From a virus (taxonomy: Duplodnaviria > Caudoviricetes), in IMG/VR virus record IMGVR_UViG_642918906_000001, positions 160,001-224,000 of that record: 64,000 nt of DNA; one strand, 5' to 3'. A program made the translations under genes and the position numbers. Positions 30,191 to 37,916 of the stretch are shown here, piece after piece. Numbering within the stretch: the first letter of the stretch is position 1; every line of letters starts with the position of its first letter. The notes below the pieces were generated by a model. That model had not been told where the DNA came from and searched no databases. It saw only the letters and a program-made list of their open reading frames with translations.

Positions 30191-30967
30191 ATGGAAAGAA
30201 TATATGTAAAACACTACATCCTCGCAACCTACGGCAACACCTCTGCTTCCGACTACCGAGTGAACGCAATGAACGAGTTGGTTCACCGTTATGAGGTTGT
30301 AACGGAACGAATCACCAAAGCTCTTTTGGCGAACGGGATCGAAAACCCAGAGGCGTTGATCACCTATAGCTTTCGTATGCTTGGAGACCACCATGATGAT
30401 GTATTTCATCGCAGGGAAATGGTTGAAGTGGACTTCAAAGCGCTCAAGGAAGATAGTTCGAGTTTTCCGTGGGAAAGCTGGGGGTGGGTGCAGGCATTCC
30501 AACCGCTCGTCGATGTCGCTGGGTTCACTATCGTCGAGATCGATTCGGAATATCAATCGTTTGGGCCAGAAGCTACACCGGAAGTTGACTACATCCAACC
30601 AGTCTATCGGATCTACGAAAAAGGTAGGCCCGAATACGTCAAAGGCGGCTTTACTAGTTCGCGCAATAGACGGGCTGGGGATAATCCTAAAGGGTTTTAT
30701 GAAGAGGTAATTAAACCCTGCGGGAAGCTGTTAAAAGAAAACGTTGCCTCCGTGGTAGCTGTGACCGGTACCATCGTTTCGGTTGTTGTACTCTGGCGTG
30801 CATCGCAGACAATGGTTCACGACCTTGAAGAGAAGCAGGCTGAAGCTAGCCAGGTTCTCCACTATATTGAGGAGATGGTGTCGGATGTAATCGATATGCC
30901 TCAGATAGTGAAGGTCGAGTTTCCAGACGACAGTGAAACGGTTGGGGTTGGTCGTCGGACCTGGTAA
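30191..30967 (+). CDS. Hypothetical protein with C-terminal TM module homologous to 24516-24776
   Basis: C-terminal ENVASVVAVTGTIVSVVVLW...IEE...PQIVKVE..G.G.RT. Confidence 0.65.
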   Translation: MERIYVKHYILATYGNTSASDYRVNAMNELVHRYEVVTERITKALLANGIENPEALITYSFRMLGDHHDDVFHRREMVEVDFKALKEDSSSFPWESWGWVQAFQPLVDVAGFTIVEIDSEYQSFGPEATPEVDYIQPVYRIYEKGRPEYVKGGFTSSRNRRAGDNPKGFYEEVIKPCGKLLKENVASVVAVTGTIVSVVVLWRASQTMVHDLEEKQAEASQVLHYIEEMVSDVIDMPQIVKVEFPDDSETVGVGRRTW

Positions 30968-30973
30968 ACAATT

Positions 30974-31000
30974 ATGCTCCCTCGAAAGGGGGAGCATTTT
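30974..31000 (+). terminator. Intrinsic terminator
   Basis: ATGCTCCCT-CGAA-AGGGGGAGCAT-TTT. Confidence 0.6.
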
Positions 31001-31018
31001 CTAACAATGGAGTATAAC

Positions 31019-31243
31019 ATGGAATTCTTCCATACCCTCCCTTTCGTGTACCAGTCACTGATTGTCCTCACATTAATCGTGGGTGCGATGAAACTCGGTG
31101 TTAACGAAATGGTGATGTGGCTATTTTCGGCATTCGGTAATCGGGGAATTCTCTTTGGAGCAATTCTTCTGATCGTTCTGTACCTAGCTTTCTTATGTGC
31201 AGTAGTTGCTTCCATCTGCTACTTCTTTTACTCGATCTGGTGA
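31019..31243 (+). CDS. Small 2-TM membrane protein
   Basis: GGAG RBS before MEFFHTL; two hydrophobic segments. Confidence 0.65.
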   Translation: MEFFHTLPFVYQSLIVLTLIVGAMKLGVNEMVMWLFSAFGNRGILFGAILLIVLYLAFLCAVVASICYFFYSIW

Positions 31244-31246
31244 TAC

Positions 31247-31486
31247 ATGGAAATCGTTGAAGCTATACAAAACCTCGAAATGACCTACCGAATTGCGATC
31301 TTCTGTTTGTTGGTGTCTCTGGGGATGTTCGCCACCCGTGACTACATCAACGAACTGCTTACTCGTTGGGGTGGAGCTGTCGAGTTTTATCTCGATAGTT
31401 TCTTGGGTACAGTCCTTTTTGCATCTTGGATTGGTACCGCAATTGGGGTGATCCGTTTCGGTGTTCAAATAGTCTTTGGAGTCTAA
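31247..31486 (+). CDS. Small 2-TM membrane protein
   Basis: Two hydrophobic segments; 3 nt after the upstream stop. Confidence 0.65.
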   Translation: MEIVEAIQNLEMTYRIAIFCLLVSLGMFATRDYINELLTRWGGAVEFYLDSFLGTVLFASWIGTAIGVIRFGVQIVFGV

Positions 31487-31875
31487 TGATGGATACGCTA
31501 CTTGACAATTTTGTTAAGGCTCAACTGCAACCAGTAATGAATGCCTACTCGTGCTGGCTCGGTCCAGAGTTTCATTCCAAGCGTACCCCTATTGAAGGTG
31601 GTGTCGATAATCTGATCACCTACTCGATGGATAAAGGTGCGAAGTCATATATCCATTGGATGGTGTGGAATGTCCACACTGACGACGGCGCTTTCAAAAT
31701 TCGCGTTGAATGGGCTATGCATGAATGCCATACGCTGGAGTTCATCCGTCCTGAAGACGCAACCTTCGATCAATGTCAGGAAGTTGTCGCATTGGTACTG
31801 AAAGACATCTACGAACAGTTGATGGCTTATACTGAACGCGAAGGCTGGCCTAGTGAAAACATGCAAATCTGCTAG
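31486..31875 (+). CDS. Hypothetical protein
   Basis: TAATG coupling; GGAG RBS; MMDTLL start. Confidence 0.6.
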   Translation: MMDTLLDNFVKAQLQPVMNAYSCWLGPEFHSKRTPIEGGVDNLITYSMDKGAKSYIHWMVWNVHTDDGAFKIRVEWAMHECHTLEFIRPEDATFDQCQEVVALVLKDIYEQLMAYTEREGWPSENMQIC

Positions 31876-31888
31876 GGTTAAACAAAAC

Positions 31889-32320
31889 ATGAATAACGAA
31901 AATTACAAAAAGCTGGTACTGACTCTTCTGCACTCCTACACTCTTGCTATTCGCGCAGCGCATCCACGTGAAGCGGATAAGGAGCTTTACCATCGGTTGA
32001 TCGATACCACCAACCTGACCGGACACAAGTTGTTCGAGAAACGTTCGGATCATCGTCACTTCATTGCGACTGTACAGTTCGCAGATGGCCCTCAGCGGAT
32101 CATGACGGTGTACCACAACTCCAACACCGGAAAGCTCGATGTGGATATCGACAATCCGTTGGTTGGTGAAAACATTGAGGATGCATTTGAGGACATCATG
32201 ATGATCCTCATCCAGGTATTGCAAATGGCTGCCGGTGTAACTATCTCTGAAAGCATGGCGGGTGTTCGAAGCCATACTTCTGAGATCGCTGTAGCCATCG
32301 CTAAGATGGGCACGCGTTAA
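31889..32320 (+). CDS. Hypothetical protein
   Basis: MNNENY start; ends at a terminator. Confidence 0.6.
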   Translation: MNNENYKKLVLTLLHSYTLAIRAAHPREADKELYHRLIDTTNLTGHKLFEKRSDHRHFIATVQFADGPQRIMTVYHNSNTGKLDVDIDNPLVGENIEDAFEDIMMILIQVLQMAAGVTISESMAGVRSHTSEIAVAIAKMGTR

Positions 32321-32322
32321 GA

Positions 32323-32360
32323 CGACATAAAAGCCAGTCCTTCGGGACTGGCAATTATGC
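32323..32360. terminator. Bidirectional hairpin (palindrome family)
   Basis: CGACATAAAAGCCAGTCC-TTCG-GGACTGGC-AATTATGC. Confidence 0.75.
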
Positions 32361-32374
32361 TTTTCTTTTTTGTT

Positions 32375-33238
32375 TCAACGCAACCAGTTAGGCTTACGAA
32401 TACCTTTAGCACGATCCCAGCCCAGTGTAGTGATCAGCTCACTTACGTCGTGGGTAGCAGATTCAAGACCCAGGCCAGTACGGCGCCTGGCTTCGTCCTG
32501 CATGCGCCACAGTGTATCTGGCGTAATGACCCGTTCTGGTTTGCATTCAGCCTCAGTGAAGCCCTCAAGAGCTGGAGAACTGTATTTGTTGGCAGTAAAG
32601 ATACCGCCTTCACCTACGAAGTCCCAAGTCGAGATTTCACGAGTATACTTAACACCACGATACGGATCATCTTGAGTGATGGAACGCACGGAGCAATAAG
32701 TGTTAATGCTTGGGTTATCGAGTGAGTCTTTAAAGACCTGTGCAAAAGGACCGTATGGCTTAGCCTCAGCTACAACCATAGTTACAGCCTTACCTTCTTC
32801 ATTGCGACCTGGCATCAGAGTCAGGTTACGAATGTGTGCACATACCCGGTTGTCATCAATCTGACGAATACGAGTGAGATACTCAGTATCAGACATTGGC
32901 TTACGAACTACACGACCATCGATCAAAAGATCAGTGAACGGTTCAGGGTGTTTGAATTCCATGAACAGAACGCCTTTCTTCAACCGACGCATCAATGAGC
33001 TATTAGGCTCGAACATCGCTCGACCAGAAGCTTCATCGTAGAACATACCAGCTGAGTTGTTAGTGCCATAGCTACCAACAACCAGCGTGTAGTATCCATC
33101 AGCCGAAGCTGGTAAGATACCACGTTTATTAGTGCCAGCCAACATAGCGCAGCCTACGGTAACCGCTGCGTTAGAGGTTGGAACCTGACCCATGGGATTA
33201 GGGACTGTACGCCCCACAACAACACCACTCAGATTCAT
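32375..33238 (-). CDS. Head maturation protease (phiKZ gp175-like)
   Basis: EFKHP (His), IDDNRVCAHI, SVRS (Ser), TWDFV.E.GI (Asp); C-terminal ALE/GLE self-cleavage motifs. Confidence 0.8.
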   Translation of the reverse strand: MNLSGVVVGRTVPNPMGQVPTSNAAVTVGCAMLAGTNKRGILPASADGYYTLVVGSYGTNNSAGMFYDEASGRAMFEPNSSLMRRLKKGVLFMEFKHPEPFTDLLIDGRVVRKPMSDTEYLTRIRQIDDNRVCAHIRNLTLMPGRNEEGKAVTMVVAEAKPYGPFAQVFKDSLDNPSINTYCSVRSITQDDPYRGVKYTREISTWDFVGEGGIFTANKYSSPALEGFTEAECKPERVITPDTLWRMQDEARRRTGLGLESATHDVSELITTLGWDRAKGIRKPNWLR

Positions 33239-33251
33239 AAGAACATTCCGA

Positions 33252-33971
33252 TTAAGTACGGAGCAATTCCTCGATGAGTTCAACTGTTTCACTAGGGTTA
33301 ACCAGTGCAGAGTTGATACCCTCGGTGTAATATGCGCCGTTGAGTTTAGAAGTCGTATCGGAGGTGTTCCAAATAACAGATCGGAATGGTACTGTAACTG
33401 GAGGTTTAGTCAGTACGTCTTCCGGCCTTGCTAGGATGTGCCGATACAGCCGATTCATATCATCGGGATCTCGAGCGATAGTAGAGATAATTAATTCAAT
33501 TACCGACCGGCCACCCAAGTTAACTCCAGCGTGTTCTTCAGCTGTGTCGAACATGTTTGCAATGTCGAAATAGTTCATGTACCAAGGGATATTACCCTTA
33601 GCGATAAACTGGTCGTACATGTAGTAAGTCAGGGTGTCAGTCACAACCAGTGCAGTCGTATAGATAACTGTGTCACCTGCCTCAAATTGGAATTCGATAT
33701 AAGGTTCGTCTTTTATGACTACCTTTTCGGTAGAGCTAGGAGAGATCCGCATCATAGCGATTGTCTTGTTTACAGCGTATCGGTCACCCATGATGATCGG
33801 GAAGAAACCGAAAATAAAAACCTCACTGCCAATGACAGCGAGGTTCTTAGCGGTAAAGGACTCAGGGATCTGAATCCGACAAGGTTCGCTACAGACTACC
33901 GATCCAGACTCCGTTCGATGCAAACGTGCTTTGACGTATTCAGCATCTCGTTTGAGTTGGAAGATATCCAT
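33252..33971 (-). CDS. gp176-like protein; putative small virion RNAP subunit (beta-prime C-terminal part)
   Basis: C-terminus SVIWNTSDTTSKLNGAYYTEGINSAL resembles RpoC [25 protein letters not shown]; lies in the RNAP operon. Confidence 0.55.
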   Translation of the reverse strand: MDIFQLKRDAEYVKARLHRTESGSVVCSEPCRIQIPESFTAKNLAVIGSEVFIFGFFPIIMGDRYAVNKTIAMMRISPSSTEKVVIKDEPYIEFQFEAGDTVIYTTALVVTDTLTYYMYDQFIAKGNIPWYMNYFDIANMFDTAEEHAGVNLGGRSVIELIISTIARDPDDMNRLYRHILARPEDVLTKPPVTVPFRSVIWNTSDTTSKLNGAYYTEGINSALVNPSETVELIEELLRT

Positions 33972-34002
33972 GGGTTAACCTCTTACATTTTTTTGGTAGC
34001 TT

Positions 34003-34299
34003 TTAATTCTGCGGTCGAGTCATGGCAGCAAAACCAGCAAGCGGGTCACCGAACAATTTAGTTAGGCTGGTGCTATACTTGTCTTTCCGCGCACGTTCTT
34101 CGGCCATCAAAGGAGAACCCTGATGGATATCTTGCAAGCGTGCTACCCGTTCAGGTAATGACAATGTTTCATCAATACCCATCTCATTGCACTCTCTAGC
34201 AACTCGCGCTGCCGCATCATAAGCTTCTTGCTTGGTGAAGTACTGTGGTCCAGCTTTCTTCATGGTGGTCTCAATAGATTCACCCCGCCGCTCTTGCAA
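34003..34299 (-). CDS. Hypothetical protein (start uncertain)
   Basis: Fills a gap in the minus-strand operon; TTG start without a clear RBS. Confidence 0.45.
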   Translation of the reverse strand: MQERRGESIETTMKKAGPQYFTKQEAYDAAARVARECNEMGIDETLSLPERVARLQDIHQGSPLMAEERARKDKYSTSLTKLFGDPLAGFAAMTRPQN

Positions 34300-34355
34300 G
34301 CGATCGAGGCGTCTCTTTAGTTCTTCAGGTCCCCATGCTTCTGATGAAGGCTGGC

Positions 34356-36245
34356 TTAGTTCAAAGGGGTTTCGTCATCCTCTTCAGCAGCTTTGTCTTC
34401 TTCAGACTCTTCTTCTGCTGTTTCAGATTCTTCTGCGCCTTCGTCAGTCTCCTCGGACTCTTCTGATTCCTCAGTAGTGTCAGATTCTTCAACCGTGTCA
34501 TCTTCCAGATCAGCGTAGGCATCTTCCTCTTCTGGCTCACCACCAAAATCAGTTTCGTCTTCAGTGGTTTCGACTTCTTCAGTTACGCCATCAGGTCCGT
34601 CAATACCATCGGTACCGTCTTCACCAATAACTTCGTCCGTGGTCTCAACGACATCGTTCTCAGCATCGAACTCACCGCTAGTGTCAGTGGCCTCAGTTAC
34701 ATCAACTACTTCAGCAGTTTCTTCACCACCGTCTTCATAGTCAACTACCGCCAACAGACCAGAGTCATCGATTGCTCCACCTTCTTCAACTGCATTAGGA
34801 TCGATCTCAGGCAGGAAGTCTTCGATCACAATCTGCTTAGCGAGGAACAATGCAACCAAGCTAATAGTAGCCTGAGTATTCAGCTCACGCACCGACGCTT
34901 TAGGGAAGTCTTGACCCAGAGTATCGATAGTGTCCAAGTACTCGATGTAAGTGTCTTCAGGGAAGAACACACGACAGATCAGAGTAGAGAACACTTTGTA
35001 CGGGTTGGTGTAGTCATCACGACGTAGGTAGCGCAGTGATTCTTTCAGCTTAGGTTCAATCTCAGGAGACCAGCGGTCTTTAAGGATTTCCCCACGAGCA
35101 ACTTCACGGAAGGTCGAGATAACGTTATTGATACACTGACGCTCAGCGTAGTCAATTGCCGATTGCTTGATCAGCGGATAGATTGCATGCCAACGAGCGA
35201 TGAACTTATCTGAACCCGCCACAATGTGACGCAGATGAGTTACGCCTGTGTTCTCAATAGCTGCACCCAGTACAGCTTGGAAGTCACCGCCACTAATGAT
35301 CCATGGATCGAATACGTCACCGTTTACTGTCACAACAGCACGACGAGTTTCAATTGGATTAATAGCTTCGTTACGCAGAATCAGGTCGCCATCTTCACGA
35401 GCTTCCGCACGACGAATGTAAGCGCGCATCAGGTAGAAGCCAAACATCTCATGCAGCAACTTGAAGGTGTGTTGCCAATCTTCCAGAGAAACGTCAGTAC
35501 CAGGCACTTGTTCTGGATTATCGATGTAATGACCACACAGGAAATATGCGGTGAGAATATCGTCAACATTAAAAGGAGCCGCTTGCATGGACAGGTAAGG
35601 CAGGGCTGCTGGGGCAACTGGGCCTCCACCAAACAGACTGTTCCAAACAGCCAGTTGACGGTCAGCGCCAACCTTCAGTGCCCACTCGGTAACCTCTTCT
35701 TGTTCCATGTGCGGGTTGTTGATAGCACACATCTCAATGATAGCATCAGCGGTCACTGGAGACAGTACGTAAGAATCATAAATTTCTTTAGGTCGTACGT
35801 TAGTGTAACGAGTGTTAACATGGTTCACCAACACTGGGTTATCGTGAGGAGCCAGATAACGCCAAGGCACAACTTCATACTCAGCCTGTGCAACTGCTTG
35901 CTGTAGGTTAGCAAACGTTTTATGCATTTCTTTAACGGCTGGGATAATAACGTTTGAAGTATTAAACTGAATTTTGGATACGGCGTTAAACAGGTTGTTA
36001 ACAATAGCTTCACGCGAATCGTCAGCAGCAGGAGTGGAGTCCTGATTGATCTCATCGAAGTGATCTTCTACCGCAACCATCTCGGTATCAGGCAAAGCGG
36101 TATTGGTCGGCTCAGAATCGACTTGATAGGTATCAGCAAATACAGCCAAGGGGAACTCTGGGTTCCCCAAGGTCAGTACTTTACCTTCCCGAGTCAACTG
36201 TTGGGCACCGTCACGGACTGCGTCAAGAGTTTCGGATTGGTACAT
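34356..36245 (-). CDS. Hypothetical protein with very acidic C-terminal tail (gp177-like position)
   Basis: GAGGAG RBS; last roughly 150 aa are D/E/T-rich. Confidence 0.75.
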   Translation of the reverse strand: MYQSETLDAVRDGAQQLTREGKVLTLGNPEFPLAVFADTYQVDSEPTNTALPDTEMVAVEDHFDEINQDSTPAADDSREAIVNNLFNAVSKIQFNTSNVIIPAVKEMHKTFANLQQAVAQAEYEVVPWRYLAPHDNPVLVNHVNTRYTNVRPKEIYDSYVLSPVTADAIIEMCAINNPHMEQEEVTEWALKVGADRQLAVWNSLFGGGPVAPAALPYLSMQAAPFNVDDILTAYFLCGHYIDNPEQVPGTDVSLEDWQHTFKLLHEMFGFYLMRAYIRRAEAREDGDLILRNEAINPIETRRAVVTVNGDVFDPWIISGGDFQAVLGAAIENTGVTHLRHIVAGSDKFIARWHAIYPLIKQSAIDYAERQCINNVISTFREVARGEILKDRWSPEIEPKLKESLRYLRRDDYTNPYKVFSTLICRVFFPEDTYIEYLDTIDTLGQDFPKASVRELNTQATISLVALFLAKQIVIEDFLPEIDPNAVEEGGAIDDSGLLAVVDYEDGGEETAEVVDVTEATDTSGEFDAENDVVETTDEVIGEDGTDGIDGPDGVTEEVETTEDETDFGGEPEEEDAYADLEDDTVEESDTTEESEESEETDEGAEESETAEEESEEDKAAEEDDETPLN

Positions 36246-36256
36246 GTGTTAGCTCC

Positions 36257-36457
36257 TCAGTTGTAAGCTTTGAATTTAAGAATGCGACCAATCACACTGG
36301 CCTTGATATCGTTAGCTGTGATGTACTCGCCTTCGATGGTATTAGCTGCGGAGTCAGAACCCATGGTACGAGCGATTGCCTCGTATGCCAATTCAGCTGC
36401 GGCGGTCAGAACAGCTAAGTTCTGACCATGTACTACGTTGTTACTTTGCTTTTGCAT
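36257..36457 (-). CDS. Small hypothetical protein
   Basis: GAGGA RBS; overlaps the RNAP stop; fills the operon gap. Confidence 0.6.
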   Translation of the reverse strand: MQKQSNNVVHGQNLAVLTAAAELAYEAIARTMGSDSAANTIEGEYITANDIKASVIGRILKFKAYN

Positions 36458-37580
36458 TTACAGTTCCTCGATAAACACCAGCTACCCGTTTAGAGAGAGC
36501 TTTCAAAAGAATGCTGGTCGTTGCGATTAGTTTAGGAGACATTACCATCCGTTCTTCCACAGAGGTGTTGCCGAAGATGATGTCAATTGGAGTGCCGTCT
36601 TCCAGAGTGTTAGTGCCAGTCATCACACGAGAGATAACAGTCTTCATCTGGTTACACAGTACAGCTTTGTCACCTGTACCGAATGGGATATCATGGTCGA
36701 TGTAAATACGAATAACCATGCTATCTGGTTCCAAGATCTGACCTTTAATACGGAAGGAGGAATCAACCTCACCCGAATAAGCATTACGTCCAGTTTGCTG
36801 AGCAATCTCTGCACGTGCTTTGTCTGAGGCTTCTGCGAGTTCACGCAGGTTATCAGACATGTCTTCGATGTCACCATGATAGAAACATTCGATCTTAGAA
36901 ACCGTACCTACGACCTTAGCAGTAGGGGTAGAAGACGACAGTCGTTTGAGCGTCTCAATAGAGGCATCATCAAACAGCGAGCCTGCGGCCGTTTCGGGGT
37001 CTTCAATAATACACAATATTGAACTGAGATCCAGATGGTCACCCGGCTGAACCAATTCAGATACGTGCTGATCAAACCGAACGATAACGTTCTTCACGTC
37101 AGTGGTCTGTGTATTAAGCTTCTTAGCAATAGACTCAGAAACTACCGATCCGTCTTCCAGAGTGTCCAAGTTGTCATCAAACGCAACTACACCGATTACC
37201 CCAGGCATCAGAGAAACCTGATCTGGATTGTAACGGTCTTCTTTGAAATATTTCCGGTTGTATGTAATTGTGTCACCACGTTTAAATTTGTCACCTTTCT
37301 TAAACTTGGTAACCAATTCGTGTGGATACACAACACCCGCAGCTGAACCGTGAATCGTGCCAAGGGGCATTGATTCAACTTCACCATCGGCGTACTGTAC
37401 AGTAATACCGTGTTTGTCCAACGCAACTACTTGACCATCTTGCTCTGCTGCTGTAGCAAAGATACTCGATGTACGTTGACCTACGACCTGTTCGTAACCT
37501 GTACGTACAGGCGAAAGATCGTAACCGTCAGCATACAGACCTTGTTGTTGCTGAATCGAAGCAAAGCCGATCCGCTTCAT
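36441..37580 (-). CDS. rpoB: Virion RNA polymerase beta subunit (gp178-like), exon 2
   Basis: MKRIGFASIQQQQ continues the RpoB HDD.NR.LM..NMQRQ motif; VRTGYE, LEDG, GDKAVLCNQMKTVIS, DGTPIDI. Confidence 0.9.
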   Translation of the reverse strand: MKRIGFASIQQQQGLYADGYDLSPVRTGYEQVVGQRTSSIFATAAEQDGQVVALDKHGITVQYADGEVESMPLGTIHGSAAGVVYPHELVTKFKKGDKFKRGDTITYNRKYFKEDRYNPDQVSLMPGVIGVVAFDDNLDTLEDGSVVSESIAKKLNTQTTDVKNVIVRFDQHVSELVQPGDHLDLSSILCIIEDPETAAGSLFDDASIETLKRLSSSTPTAKVVGTVSKIECFYHGDIEDMSDNLRELAEASDKARAEIAQQTGRNAYSGEVDSSFRIKGQILEPDSMVIRIYIDHDIPFGTGDKAVLCNQMKTVISRVMTGTNTLEDGTPIDIIFGNTSVEERMVMSPKLIATTSILLKALSKRVAGVYRGTVNAKAK

Positions 37581-37916
37581 CGTGATATTCAGTATGAGTC
37601 GTTAATTCATACCCGCGCCATTACGCGCAGCTGCATGTCGCCATGCAGACTAGACTATATCTTCATCTCAGTGAGATGCTCCCCATTTCCACCCACTTGG
37701 GTGTACACCGTGATAAGCGGTTAGTCGTTGAACGTTCCTTACATTTCTGTAAGGCTTCGCTGCTGATTGTCTCAGAGAGATATCCCAGCAATTAAAGGAG
37801 ATTCCATCTAGGTATCGCTACCTAGTGGGACTGTATCTATTAAATCTTTGTATTGGATAAACCAAGTTGTCGACCACACTCAATGTAGCGTAGACTTTAC
37901 AAACATTCAATACACA
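37581..37916 (-). ncRNA. Group I self-splicing intron (IA-like), 336 nt, no homing endonuclease ORF
   Basis: P AATTGCTGGGA (37783-93), Q AATCAGCAG (37760-68), R GTTCAACGACTA (37722-33), S AAGATATAGTCT (37652-63); 5' exon ends in U paired to G in P1; terminal G; removal restores frame HDD|MKR. Confidence 0.93.

Noticed and set aside
34356-34800. Low-complexity TCTTC-rich tract as a DNA repeat element
   Set aside because: Simply encodes the D/E-rich protein tail on the minus strand
36441-37580. Independent gene starting at ATG 37580
   Set aside because: No RBS; the ATG directly follows the intron terminal G and continues the motif broken at HDD
37818-37916. Intein beginning at the Cys after HDD
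   Set aside because: Only 32 codons to a stop, with no intein blocks or HN terminus; the group I intron core explains the interruption
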